64,000 nt of DNA. Source: Vairimorpha necatrix (Eukaryota). Below the pieces are notes generated by a model that saw nothing but the letters and a program-made list of their open reading frames with translations, ran no database searches and had not been told where the DNA came from. The stretch is from NCBI GenBank assembly GCA_036630325.1, contig CP142736.1, forward strand, positions 372,001 to 436,000, given 5' to 3'. The position numbers and the translations under genes are program-made. Positions 43,567 through 56,900 of the stretch are shown here, piece by piece (the first letter of the stretch is position 1; each line of letters opens with the position of its first letter).

Positions 43567-46116
43567 ATGAATTTCATCTGGAAATCTGTGCCTTTAAATA
43601 TTAAAAATCCAACAATTTTAGAATGTTTTGAATGTCAGAATCATAAATTTAATACTGTTTTATTGCATAAAAATAGGGCTAATTATTTCTTTATAATTTA
43701 CAAAGGTGCTTCTTATTTTGATATAAATGTAGAGTATAAAATTACAATTAATAATAAAATAATCCAAGGACTTTATCAATTCTCTCAATTTAATAATCAT
43801 TTCGGGTTTAGTCTAGAAAATTCTTCCACATTTGATATTTCTTTAGAAATTGACATAATTACAAATTATAATTCAAAAGAAACTACAAGTTTCTGTGGTC
43901 TTAGAAATTTAGGAGCTTCTTGTTATTTCAATTCTTTAATTCAGCCACTATTTTTAATTAAAAAATTCAGAAATGAAATTTATCAATGTGAGCCAAAAGG
44001 GAAGCTTCTTCTTTTACAGAGGCTTTTTTATAACATGGAAAATCAAGAATGTGTGGATACATCAGAATTTTTGACTAATATGGTCAAGAATGTCACACTT
44101 CATCAAGACGTACACGAATTTTCTAAATATTTGTTTGACGTCATAGAAGAAGAATTAAAAAAATTTAAAAGTGTCAATAAAAATATCTGGGAAAAACTTA
44201 TACAAGGACAAATTGTCAATTATATTGACGCAGAATGCGGGTGTACAAGTAAAGTCAAGGAGAATTTTCAAGACATACAAGTCAGTATAAGAGATTATTT
44301 TACAAATACGCAAAATTCGAAATTAGAAGACTCTTTAGGCTTGTTTACAAAGATAGAAACCCTTTCTGGTGAAAATAAATATAAATGTGACAAACACGGA
44401 CTAGTAAATGCAAAAAAAGGCATTTTATTCGCCGATTTACCGCCAATATTATTTTTATTATTAAAAAGATTTGACATGGATTTTGAAACTGGCGAATCTT
44501 ACAAAATTGACGATTATTTCGAATTTCCAGAAATTTTGGATTTTAAAAATTTTTCAGTTGAAAATTCTGAAATCTCAAATTACAAATTGTATTCTGTCAT
44601 TGTCCACAAAGGTGTCCCTTCTGAAGGACATTTTTATTCTTATATTTCATTAAATAATCAATGGTATAAATTTAATGATAATGTGGTAACAAAAGTACCA
44701 AAAGAAGAAGCGATATTTTTTAATTTTGGAGGAAAAGATCCTCTAGATGATCGAGAGAAAGATTTTTCGGCTTATTATCTCATTTATCTTAGAGAAGATT
44801 TTGAGAAAAATGTGGAAATTAATATACCAGAATTAGTACTAGAAGAAATTAAGAAACAAAATCTAAAAAAAGAAATAAGATGTACAACATTTAAAAATAT
44901 AAAAAATTATAAAGGAATTGGATTTTATAATCCAATTTCTTACAGTTTTCCTTTAACAAATTATCAAGAATATATAATTAATGAATTTGATACAGTAAAA
45001 GCCTTAAAAAATAAATTAGAAACAGATCAAGAAGCTTATATTTTCAATATAACTGGAAATAAATTTGATCTTTTAAATGATGACTCGGTTTTAGAAGGCA
45101 AAGATTTTTTTATTTACAAAAAAAATGAAAATATTGATTTTACAAAAAAAAAATTTTTTTTTGTAAAAATTTTTAAAAATGAAATTTGGTTACCTGACAC
45201 ATTCCCGGAAAATCTAAATTTATCATTTATTCTTGTTATAGACAAAAATATACGAAAAAATATAGAAGCGAGAATGAAAATCAATGATTTTGAAATTTAC
45301 AAAGAAGATTTTTTTAATAAAAAAGTCGAATTATTAAATTCTCAAAATGAAGAAAATTTAAAAAATGGGGACATTTTAATTTTAGTCGAAAAAAATCACT
45401 GTGATGTTTTCGAGTGTTTTTATAAAGATTTTTCTAATAGAATGTGCATCAATGTTTTACTAAATGAACAAAATTGTGTCTCGCTTTTTCTCCCAAGGAA
45501 TATGGAAAGTGAGTTACTTAGTCAAAAAATAAGATCTTTTTTTAGTAATGACGAGGTTTCTGTTGAGCCTCTAGAAAGTTTAGTTTTAGAATATTTGCCT
45601 TTGACACGGAATATTATTTTTGTAGATATAAAAGATAATAAGATAATTTATCTAGGATATGATGACGCAATAGATTATAATTCTATCAAACATGTACATC
45701 CATTTATAATTCCTCCTAATACGACATTTAGAGATTTCTATAAAGTTGTTCTCTCTTCTAATTATTATTTGCCTATTAGTTTTCAGAATCTTCATATTGT
45801 CGACACTGTTAAAAACTCGCTATTTCTTGAGAAATATTCTTTTGACGAAGTCTTTACTTCTCAAGGTATGAACATTATTCAAGATTTTAAATCTAATTAT
45901 TTAAAAGTGGCTTATTTTACTGGTATGTACGAGATAAAAGGTTATCCTTTCTTTTTATTCATTGATCAGCTTACCGTGGCTGAGTTTAGAGAGAAACACG
46001 GGATAACAAGCAGGTTAGTAAAATACGATAATAGAGGATATAAAGATTTAGATGATATTGATGTGATCAGTGAATATAGTCCTGATACATTTATATTAAT
46101 TGAAAGAAGATATTAA
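43567..46116 (+). CDS. Ubiquitin carboxyl-terminal hydrolase, USP7/Ubp15-like
   Basis: Cys box GLRNLGASCYFNS, QDVHEF, LKRF, His box HKG...GHFY, WYKFND, SAYYLIY. Confidence 0.92.
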   Translation: MNFIWKSVPLNIKNPTILECFECQNHKFNTVLLHKNRANYFFIIYKGASYFDINVEYKITINNKIIQGLYQFSQFNNHFGFSLENSSTFDISLEIDIITNYNSKETTSFCGLRNLGASCYFNSLIQPLFLIKKFRNEIYQCEPKGKLLLLQRLFYNMENQECVDTSEFLTNMVKNVTLHQDVHEFSKYLFDVIEEELKKFKSVNKNIWEKLIQGQIVNYIDAECGCTSKVKENFQDIQVSIRDYFTNTQNSKLEDSLGLFTKIETLSGENKYKCDKHGLVNAKKGILFADLPPILFLLLKRFDMDFETGESYKIDDYFEFPEILDFKNFSVENSEISNYKLYSVIVHKGVPSEGHFYSYISLNNQWYKFNDNVVTKVPKEEAIFFNFGGKDPLDDREKDFSAYYLIYLREDFEKNVEINIPELVLEEIKKQNLKKEIRCTTFKNIKNYKGIGFYNPISYSFPLTNYQEYIINEFDTVKALKNKLETDQEAYIFNITGNKFDLLNDDSVLEGKDFFIYKKNENIDFTKKKFFFVKIFKNEIWLPDTFPENLNLSFILVIDKNIRKNIEARMKINDFEIYKEDFFNKKVELLNSQNEENLKNGDILILVEKNHCDVFECFYKDFSNRMCINVLLNEQNCVSLFLPRNMESELLSQKIRSFFSNDEVSVEPLESLVLEYLPLTRNIIFVDIKDNKIIYLGYDDAIDYNSIKHVHPFIIPPNTTFRDFYKVVLSSNYYLPISFQNLHIVDTVKNSLFLEKYSFDEVFTSQGMNIIQDFKSNYLKVAYFTGMYEIKGYPFFLFIDQLTVAEFREKHGITSRLVKYDNRGYKDLDDIDVISEYSPDTFILIERRY

Positions 46117-46695
46117 ATTAATAGTAAAATATTGAAAAAAATTTATAACTTCGTCAAATGATATGTTAATTTTTTAAAAAAAATATTGTAAATTTGAAAA
46201 TGTTATTTTCGAAATATTTTTCGTCAAAAAACAATATAATTATTATTATTTTTTAAATTTATCAGCTTTGTTTGATGATTATTTTGCAAATTTCAATAGA
46301 TAAACAAATTCATACACAATTTATTAATCTTATGATTCATTTTATAAATGAAAATTTGTATTTGTCAAATTTTCAGGGGTACCCCCTTGAAAAGTTCCAA
46401 TAAAAAAATAAAGCCTCTTTTTATAATCAACACACTAAAGGGCAAATTACTTTATAAATTGTTAATAATAATATTTCCTGGTTTTTTCTAGAGCTATCAA
46501 ATCTCAAGAATATTTTTTATTAAAAACGGTAAATTAAAATTTAAAATAATTTTAATTTCGTAGATTACTGCGTATATTTAATTTGCTATGACTTTATATT
46601 GATTTTTTATCACTTAATTATTAATTGGTCTTATCAAATTTAATATGATCTGATTATGTAAAGGAGTCTATATAAGAAGAAAATCCCTTAATCTT

Positions 46696-47187
46696 ATGAA
46701 CTTAGAAAATGGATCAAAATATTCGGGAAGACAATTATCGTCAACTGGCTCATTCAATTTAGTAATGAAAATTGATAATCTAAATCTAGATGAAAATATA
46801 ATGTGTGGTACTCTAAATATTTATAAATCTAATAGTAAAATTATTCAAATCTCGACATACTTCGAAGCCCGTGTAATTGGCAGCGAAATGGCTACTAAAT
46901 TAAAAGATTTAGAAAGTGATGGTGTAAATTGGGAAAAGTTCCCGGAATTTAGTAAAGGTGGAGATGAATGTTTATATTTTAGAATTAAAGAACTTTTTAT
47001 ATTGCCCAATATGAATTTAGAACAAGGTGAAGCTTCAATTGATGGATTTTATTATTGTTGTTATTATAAGAATTTAGATTGTTTTATGGGAAGATATTTT
47101 TATAAATGTGGAGAAAAAAATATGTCACAGCAAATTTTATTAGAAAGACAAGATGAAGGAATTTCAGGATCTGCCTGTATAATTTGA
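46696..47187 (+). CDS. GID4: GID4/Vid24-like substrate receptor
   Basis: L-x-x-GS-x-Y-x-G-x-Q start, ISTYFEA, RIKELF, ASIDGFYY and SQQILL motifs typical of the Vid24 beta-barrel. Confidence 0.75.
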   Translation: MNLENGSKYSGRQLSSTGSFNLVMKIDNLNLDENIMCGTLNIYKSNSKIIQISTYFEARVIGSEMATKLKDLESDGVNWEKFPEFSKGGDECLYFRIKELFILPNMNLEQGEASIDGFYYCCYYKNLDCFMGRYFYKCGEKNMSQQILLERQDEGISGSACII

Positions 47188-47353
47188 AAAATCTTAAATA
47201 AAAAAATTTTATAAAAAATCTCATATAATTTTTTCAAAATTAACACTAACTAGTATAAAATCAAATATAAATTTATGTGTACAAGATATTTTATGTGGAA
47301 TATACTAAATAATTAATAAATACTAAAAATTTTTATTGAAAACAAACAAATCT

Positions 47354-47941
47354 TTAAAAAACTACTATAATTGAAAAACATACATAAGTTATAAACAAAG
47401 GATAAAGAATCAATACTTGCTTATTTCTAACATTAATATGCCTAACAAAGACCAAAGAAGCTGTATAAGCAGACCAAAGTGCGAAAATAATACCCAATAT
47501 GATTTTATAGGTTATTTTCATCTTATTAATAAATAAATTAATAAATGAAAACATAACAAGAGGAGTAAAAGAATATCCCAAGACAGAGCAGCATTCCAAT
47601 ATCTTGATGTTCGACAAATCCATAACTTTTAGAAGTAGAAATGTACTTAGAACAGAAAAAAGCGAAATAGAATAAATATATCTAAAATGAACTTTATAAT
47701 TAAGTAAAAGGAATATAGAAAATAATATGATATTAAAAAGGGGACCTGTGACATCTGAACTTACAACACAATTAAAAGACGGACTAAATATTTTGAATAT
47801 CAAACAAGATTCTTTTTTTATTAGTCCCAAATCTATTCCTAATTCTTCTAGTAAAGGCTTGTCTCCTTTAATGTAGCCAGTGAAGGCGGATTTTAAATCA
47901 AGTTTGTCAACATAGCGCTCTTTTAAATCTTCAAATTCCAT
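47354..47941 (-). CDS. YIP1: Yip1/YIPF5-like Golgi membrane protein
   Basis: PLLEELGID, DVTGPL, HFRYIY, SVLGYS-x-x-P and ILYP motifs. Start MEFEDL follows a CCCC motif. Confidence 0.9.
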   Translation of the reverse strand: MEFEDLKERYVDKLDLKSAFTGYIKGDKPLLEELGIDLGLIKKESCLIFKIFSPSFNCVVSSDVTGPLFNIILFSIFLLLNYKVHFRYIYSISLFSVLSTFLLLKVMDLSNIKILECCSVLGYSFTPLVMFSFINLFINKMKITYKIILGIIFALWSAYTASLVFVRHINVRNKQVLILYPLFITYVCFSIIVVF

Positions 47942-50900
47942 AGTAGGGGTAGTAAAGTAAACAAAAGAAAAATAATAAAAAAATGCTTTTAGCATATCTT
48001 TGTGCACATGTAAATTTTCGATCTTTTTATAATTATATACGTTTTACGGGAGCATTCAAGATTGTTCTCGTCTCTACCAATACATCAACTCGCAGTACAG
48101 TGAATATAGCATGTCTAATTTCCAACAGATTTTAAAGAACTAAAACACTGAAACGAAAATCGAATTTATATCGCATTGCCTCTTGTGCTATGATTTTATA
48201 TCCATATTTAATTAACTGTTTTTTACATTTTATAACACCTCTAATTACAATATTTGTATAAAAAAGCTATGATGCGAACATAAGTAATTATAACTTATTA
48301 ATCATTCCTTAATTTATTCATGATATTGACTAATTGTATTCCTTTTTTTTATATGTCTATTATAATATCTAGAAGTAAAATAAAAAAAAAAGGCTGATAT
48401 TATTTATGAGAAAAGACTTCAAACTACCATTTACTAATCTTTTTGTATAATTTACGGGCGTATACATATTAATTTCTATGATTGGCCAGTGAAAACCCCC
48501 AATGAACTAGATCTTGTTTTTTATTGATCATTGAAATTAATATATATAATGACGCAGATAAAGATCTACAACTAGTGAATAACGATGTTTTCTCCATAAT
48601 ATGGTTTTTTTTCTATTATCTAATTCATTGAGGTTTTAAATGATCATTACTAAAAGAGCTATGTAACTAAAAAATTTTGATTTTACCTTTGGATTGTCAA
48701 ATAATGTTATCAAAAAATTAGAATTATATTAAGATATAATTTGCAGCTTAAAAATGCTTGATACGTTTCTGCGCCTGAATGCTTTGCAGTTATTAATTAG
48801 TGTTTAATCTGTAGATAAGATATTGAAAATAAATATATTATTTATTACATTCTCTAAATATAGAAGGAAATAAAATATTTTAGTGAATTTAAATATTAGA
48901 AAGAACATATTTAGAAAATGTTTTTTAATATATTAGTAAAATATTCCACTAAAAAGCCTTTATATATTACAATTTCACGAACTAGAGATTCTGTTTTTAT
49001 AATGTACTGCAAATATAAACATTTTTTGTGCTATAAAATAATTATTTTCAAACAAAAAATCCACAATGGTGAGTAGTGTTATAATTATAAATATATAGAT
49101 AAAATTTAAAAATTTTCATAGATGTTTTAAGAGGTTGATAAATTAATTCTTGTGGTTCTATATTTAGAACAGTGGTTATAGATATATATATTTTTTGAAT
49201 AGACTTTTTAGACTATATAGGCATGATTGATAAACTAGTTTGAAACTAATGGTGAATGTTGATATTTTATTCGAGTTTTATAGGACTTAAAAAAGTCTTT
49301 GAGTGAACGATTAATGACTTTTAGAGAAAATATTATCTTAATAAAGAAAGAAAGGCGCTTTTATTTTTTTAGATTTGTTAATTTAAATTTTTCGGAGAAA
49401 CAAGTGAGTATTTTATTAAATCAGGTAAAATGAACTAAAGTGGGAATATATAGACTCTATTAAAATTTTGAATAATTGGACATCGATTATGGTAAAAAAA
49501 ACAATTAAAAAGTAGCATTTATGTTGATGCCATGAACGTATAAATATAATAGAGTACTATACACTACGATTTAGATGTCTTTTTTAGTACGGCCTATGAA
49601 AAAATTTCATAGAGAGATCTAACGTACAATTAATTGTTTTATTTTAAATGTACTATAGTCACTAAAAACATTGTAGTGCTCTTAAAATTAAAAATAAAGC
49701 ACAGGTGAATCCACGTGATGAATTGATGAAACCATAGGGTATTTTTACCAATATGGTGTGATTATAATATAATGTAATTAAGTTTTATATACTTTAAAGT
49801 TCAAGTTGAGATGTCTTTTTGTGGCTTATAATTAAATTCGTATACATATCAAAATCTTTATTTTTGTATGAATTTATTTGTAATGGGAGGATATAAAGAA
49901 GCTAATGTGTAAAAACATAGTAGTAAGTTGGGCTCATTTGTGACGGATAATTTTTTTTATTAAAATGTCGTAACATTTTCATGTATATAGCTCTGAAAAT
50001 AAAAAGATCTAGAATCAATACATAATTTTATAAAAAGAATCTAATGATATTATATATAATTCATGGAGCGGCTTTAAACAAAAAGCATAATAGAAAAATA
50101 TACTAAAACAATGTTACAGGTAATTTATAATTTTTAGTTTAAAATAAAACTAAATAATCAAGGAGTAATTTTTTGAAATTTTTTTGAAACATTTACTCTA
50201 CTTGGTCAATTTTTACAAAAAAATCAAAGTTAAATGAAGCCTTGCCTTTTTTTGGGAATAATATAAATAACGTTCTTTATGATAGTATTATAATTCTTTA
50301 TTGAAATTATGCAAATTTTTTTTGAATAACACACATAGTTTTATTTGATAACTGATTATACATGAGGCATAAATGGTTTATTGTAAAAATTTTATCATAA
50401 ACAGAGCAAAATATAACCACATCTACAAATTATGAAACTTGACACAGTAAAGATAATATAATATATCAAAATACTAACATTTAAAAAAAATTCACACAAA
50501 ACACGTTTGAAACTTGTCGATATAGATTATTGATATAAAACTTTATAAAGTAATGATCTTGTACCTATGTCGACATAGCAATGATCAAATTAATAAAAAC
50601 TAGCAGATGAATATTTTAATGGTCTATAAAAGACTTCATTTGTTTGTTCAGACACCTTAAAATGTAATATAAAATACAGATAAATATATATATATTTTTT
50701 GTATCAAAACTTGTTGGTTTGACACATAATTAAAAAATCGTTCCAAGTAAAGTAATAAAGAGCACTTTATATTTACAAATAAAAAAGGTAAAGTTTTACT
50801 AATTATAATTAATTCAATACGACTGAATCAACTCATTTTATGAAATGCTGTTTTAGTAATTGTTAAAAAGTTAAACTCATTACACTAAGCACAAGTAGAT

Positions 50901-51926
50901 TTTGCCTAAAAAACGGCTCTTTATGTACTAATTTCAGTATCTATCTCAAAATCTATATAGTACTATAGCGAATAGTATAAAACACGACCAAGACGCACTG
51001 TTTTGATTCTTTCAGCTAATTTTAAAACTAGAAAAACTTTATCTGTAAAATATATTGGGGACATATTAAGATTCATAAACTTTTGCGACATAAGTTGTTA
51101 AGGCAAGGATAAAAGCAGACCCAAGATGTGGCAAATGGGGCGATATGAGTTGGATTGAGTGATAGTAGTGGTCGGTCGAAGTAATGCAATCATCTTTCGC
51201 ATTTATTTTTAACCTGTATCAAAGAAAAAAATCACAAGAATGTTTTAAGGCGATTTCTATAGAAATTAATTACATCGATATAGGGAAATTGCCATGCCAC
51301 AAACTTAGAATAAGTGGCTTTTTTAGCTTTAGCCTCTAGTATGAGGCAAATTTACAAATCTTAATCGTTTTAGATCTCTATGTCAGCAACGTTGCTACTT
51401 ATTTACAAAAAAAATTACTTTTACAGATCAATGAGAAGTTTAATCAAAATGTACTATAGTGATATGTACAAGGATTTGACGGCCATATAAAGCTAGATTC
51501 TAATTATATTTAAGACCTTGCCCCAAAGACAAACTTATAAAGTAAAAGTAATGATATAGATTATAATATACTCATGCAATAATTAAGTCAAAAATTCCGT
51601 CAAATCCAATGTTTTACTGTTCTGCCATGTTATTAAAAGAGATACACCTCAATAAATGATTTTTTTTATTGAAAACTGCAACGCTAGTGCTGTGTCGATT
51701 GTCGAATACCAACAAAAGAGAGCATAGCTCGCGTTTATAAACTATAATCTGAAAGTGTCTCGCATTTATTTTTTTTTATAACGTGCGATTATAAATAAAT
51801 ACATCAATAATTATAAGAAATACAATCGCGTGTGAAGGATAAACTTATAAATGACAATCTAATATATTTGTACGGTGATGTTACAAACTTAAAAAAATTA
51901 TTGGAATAGTTCATTTCATAGTATAT

Positions 51927-52176
51927 TGTGGTATCCACCACAATTATTTCTTAAATTTTTCTTCCTTTTCAATTTTTAGAAAATATTTTCTATAAATAAA
52001 AAATATTCAAAGAAAGGCATACAAAATGAAAAGAAAAAACCAAAGAGACAGACGACCTACGTACATGTCTCCACAGCGAGATTATGATAATAAACCTTTA
52101 ATTAAAAACAAACCTATTATTTGTTCATTCATAGAACAACAACTTCGTTTCGGACACCTCATCCGAGGTTATGACA
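51927..52176 (+). mobile_element. Solo LTR (peptide-encoding LTR family)
   Basis: TGTGGTATCCACCACA...TATGACA, TSD tatat. Open micro-ORF from 52026 reads MKRKNQ...CSFIEQQLRFGHLIRGYD. Confidence 0.82.
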
Positions 52177-53634
52177 TATATATATATAAATTTCAGAAAT
52201 GAGAGCTGCTTTATGAAAATATATTGAAAATTTATTATCTTTATTAAATATCTATGTATTTTCTCAATAATTAAACGGAGTTAAATAGTCAGAAGTTTTA
52301 CTTTTTAATTCGATAGGACTGCGATTTTGCATGACATTGTCTAAAAACTTCTATTACTACTCATCGTGATATTGGCTTTTTTTAAGAGACTGTCTCAAAT
52401 TATGAATATAAATTATAGTGTGTAACAAATTATCGTGATCTATAAGTTTTTTCGTATTATAGACAACACATCCATAATAAAAGCTGATTGAGGCAGATAT
52501 ATATTAAAATAAATGTGTGGTTTTTTTATCTACAAAATGATACAATTACACAAAAAAAATTGATAATTTGATTGAAACTTGAAAAATATTTGTATTAATA
52601 ATTGATCTAAAAAATACCTTTTATATCAATTAAAAAGGATTTATTGTGTGGATGCATTAACTTTGTTATTGTGAGATCCTTTTCATTGTACAATGCAAAA
52701 TGAGAATATGAAAATAAATTCACAATATGATAGATTTAAAGCTAGATAATTAGACTTTGTTATATAAACTTTGTTTGTTCTATTATACTTTATATAATTG
52801 AAATATTAGTTATTTTAGCGGGTTCATTATACGTAATGACATAAATTAAAGTTCCTCATTAAAGATATAAAAAAGATGAATTTTAAATTATATAAAAGCG
52901 TCAAGATGAAAAAAAATGCTTAGTAACAGACCTATAAGAAAATGTGAAAGTATTACTTGTAGATGTTTTTACTTTTGAGACAAAAATTTAGACTAAAATA
53001 ATAACAAGCACCAAGATTATATGTTCAATCAATCACGGAACAGCGAAGATTACTTTTTAGACTGAAAAAAAAATCGTAAATCATAAAAATAAACCAATTA
53101 AAGATGGATAGATACTAAAAATCCCTGATTGTTAATTTGTATTAGTCAGTTTTGTTAATGATGTAAAATATTAAACATTTGATAAAAATTATATATATCA
53201 ATCTCAATTTATTTTTATCGATATACCTGCATGATTTTAAAACTATTATCTTACAATACACTGATTTGTTTTTTTACGCCAGGTAAAGAAATAAATTTTA
53301 TAGATAGGGACTTTTTGACACTCTAAAGCATAGTGTATAACCTCAATGTTATTAAGACTGCGTTTTATATAGCGATAAAGCCTTATTTATTACTATCTCA
53401 GAACATTAGTCAACTCTATGATAAATAACATTTTACCTTCAAATAATAAAGCAGGCTTAATCGCCTAAATGCGCTAAAATGAAATAAATATAAATTAAGA
53501 AAATTAGCTAAATGCCCATTTTTTTCTCTTATATTGAACCTAAAAAAATCATCAACCCGACTGTTATTTTTGTATAAGATTTAATGTTTTACCTTATAAA
53601 TCTATTATTCTTGCTAATTTGTAAAAACATACAC

Positions 53635-53990
53635 TGTCATAAACAACCTTCTAATCCCTCTAAAGATATAGAAGAGCTATAAACACTAATCTCTCAGTCG
53701 AACTGTCAAATGCCCGAGATGCCCTTTGTTTACGATGGCTCATAGTAAACAAATAAAAAAATATATAAAGTGTTTAGGAATGCCAAAACACTCTAATAAT
53801 GCCGGTATCTATAACTCAATAAATAATTGGCCAGTTCTTGAAAATAATTGATGGGACGGGAAAATTAAACCATAAAAAGGAATTATTTCTAGCCCTTCGC
53901 CGAGATATGAAAGAGCGTAATTACAATAAACAATTTACTAATAAATCTTATTTAGACATATCGAGCAGCCAGGGGGCAGCTCGTGTCACA
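53635..53990 (+). mobile_element. Solo LTR (distant member)
   Basis: TGTCA...TCACA with perfect TSD tacac. Micro-ORF from 53907 reads MKERNYNKQFTNKSYLDISSSQG (weak motif match). Confidence 0.7.
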
Positions 53991-56900
53991 TACACTTTGT
54001 TCGCCGGGTAAATTGCCCCATAAACTATCGCGCGCTCTATAATTAAATATTAGGAATAAAAATAAGTTTACTGTGATTGTACCCCTTCAAAAACATAATT
54101 ATGCTTCTGTTTCTGTTGTGTACATTCAACATAATTACACAGCGATTGTATTTCCTTGATTAGCCTATAAGTTCCATTTAAGAATATTAAATATGTAAAT
54201 AATTTATTTTTAGCTTTGTTATATACAAAAAAATAAGTTAGTTTGAATCATAAGGTAAGTGATTATATTCTTTGTTACTTGCCCGGTACACTTATAGTAT
54301 ATGCTATCCTATATGCAATTTTAAGAGGGTCATATCTTTCTGATTTCTTTTAGAACTTTGTTCATAATACTTATGTATCATTTCGTCTTCCCACATCTAA
54401 TCTTCATATTTATGTATGCATTATTCTCTTTTTTATGCGCTCCCAGCTATTTTTGCTTCAAAGACAACAAAAACTTTTCAATGCCTTTTGCTTTGTCTTA
54501 ATAATGCTATTTTATAGCAAAAAAACATGATGTGTACAAATAAATGTGTAGTATGTGATAATATAATATGATTTTAAATCATTCTTCTTAATGTATTTCT
54601 ACTACGATTTGTCTCATGTATTCGTCTTTATACCAATTAGAATGCGCAATTGAGCGTTAAATATGATTGTTCTATTAAAATCATGCATTTTTTATATGTA
54701 TTAACTGGGTAAATGCACCGATATTTATCCTAAAAAATTTACTTGTATATAAAGAGGCTTTACATATCCCGTAATAATAAAATATTCATAAAACGAAAAA
54801 CTAAAATTGTGTAAATAAAGATAGATTTAAAACAAATCTGTAAAATCCGACTATAAAGGATATATTGTGCAAAAAAAACAGTAGCATATTTACAAATTTT
54901 AAGTCAATTATAGAATGTAAAAATTAAAAAAAGCTAGACTAAGTGCGAAAAGCATGGGAAACCAACTTCACAATATGCATGATAATTCAAATTTGCTACT
55001 AGTGACGAGGTGGTATAATAAAAAACGAAACTATTTACTACACTACATTAAATTGTTAACAATGATATTACATAGATATAACTGAGGCTATGTTGCTTTT
55101 TTGATTTCATAAGTTTATATCAACTAAGAATTGTCAATCAAATATAGTAAAATATTAAAATGTTCGATGTTGGAAAATGAATCGCACAAAATGGAATATG
55201 AAAGTGATACAAAACTGGGATTTATAAAATACATGGAAATAACACATGACGTGTAAATAAATTTTCGCAGATGAATAGTTTCGTTTGAAGAATAATGTAA
55301 ACCTTTATACATATTTTAGACAAATGTCTTTATATCAATAGGATAAATCATCGCAATTTGACCTATATTTTATTGATGAAGAAAAAAATCATAACTAATA
55401 TTAAAACTTGTTAAAGTTTACTTCCAAATTTTTTCTTAATTAAAAACCAAGACCAGATAGGGAGTAGATTAAGATCAATTGAAATGTAGTATTGAAGTAT
55501 GCATTAAAATGAGTTGTTATATGGCAAATGATTTAAAATAAAGATTGCATAGAAAATAGTCTATTTAAGAGGAATATCTCAAATGAAAAGAGACAATGGT
55601 GTTATGCTGAAAACTTACCATTTCCTATAATGTTTACTATTAATAAATAAAAGGCACTTCGGTTGCATATCATATGCAACACCAAGATTCGAGATATGGA
55701 AATAACCTTCTGATTAAGAATGAATGATTACCTCTGATAACTTATTTCACGCCAAATATTGAATAGCTTTAATACAAATGAGTAAGTTTATAACATGTGA
55801 TATAATAAAGAGCATTGGAAAAAATAATAAGATAGAAATATATATTTCTGAGTTGTAAGTATAAATATCGGGGATGCATTGTGACATGTGAAGGGACTTT
55901 ATTTTATAAAAAATTATATAATGTTAAAAACTTCTTCTTCATACCAAAAAGCTGTTTAATTGAAATTTATCAAAAACATTAGGGCTACAAGTAAAAGTTT
56001 AATTAAGTTGTTTGTTTTGTGTCTATTGGTGTTTAAATTTTTGTGTCCTTTCACATTTTCATTACCTAAACGTATTCTCAAAAGATGACCAAACAACCCT
56101 CAGAAGGTGTTCACTTTATTTTTTCAAGCCCCTGAAAAGAAGGAGCAAAGAAGAGACAAAAATTACTAAGCACTTATGATATAATTTGAATAACAAATAA
56201 ATATGTTGTGGTGTTACAACCAGGGAGGCGGCCTGTTTGTAAGTAGCACTCGATGGTGCTCCTCCCCGCAATATTAATTTGATTATTATTTTAATCATGT
56301 TTATTGTTTATTTTAAGAGACTCCATTTTTTCTCTTCTTAGTTCCATCTTGATGTGGGGGTAAAATAAAAAGAAAATATTTATAGTAAAATATTTTCTAG
56401 AAAATTCATTTGGAGGGAAAAATAAATAAAAATAAAAATAATGTGGTAATTAATACCACATACTACCTCCTCCAGCAGATTTGACGTTCCTAATATGTGT
56501 CCATCCATAATCACCAGAATCCTTTACTTCCTACTTCCAATATCCTTCGAGGTTTTAATTCGTATTTAGGGCCTAACTTATTGGCATTGAACTTAACCTT
56601 ATATACTAGGTCCACAAAAGTAAATTTTTTATCGAACGCTTTGTGCCTCAATTTTAATTAAATTTTCTTTTTTAAATTATATCTATCACAAAAATTTCTT
56701 CCTAAGATCACGTTCATTGGTGATGTCCCTATTGTTCGGTTGTAATTAATATTTAGAACATCCTCCGATCTTTTAACTACATTACATGTGTGTTTTCCTT
56801 TATTTAAAGCCATAGTAAAGGCTATTGTTTTATTTAATCGTTCGGAGACTCCATTACTACTTGGAGTATACTCTGGAACAAGTATTTGCCTTAAGTTATT

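Noticed and set aside
39448-44653. Short ORFs overlapping MSH2, the RhoGEF and the USP gene
   Set aside because: Antisense or alternate-frame by-products of long conserved CDSs.
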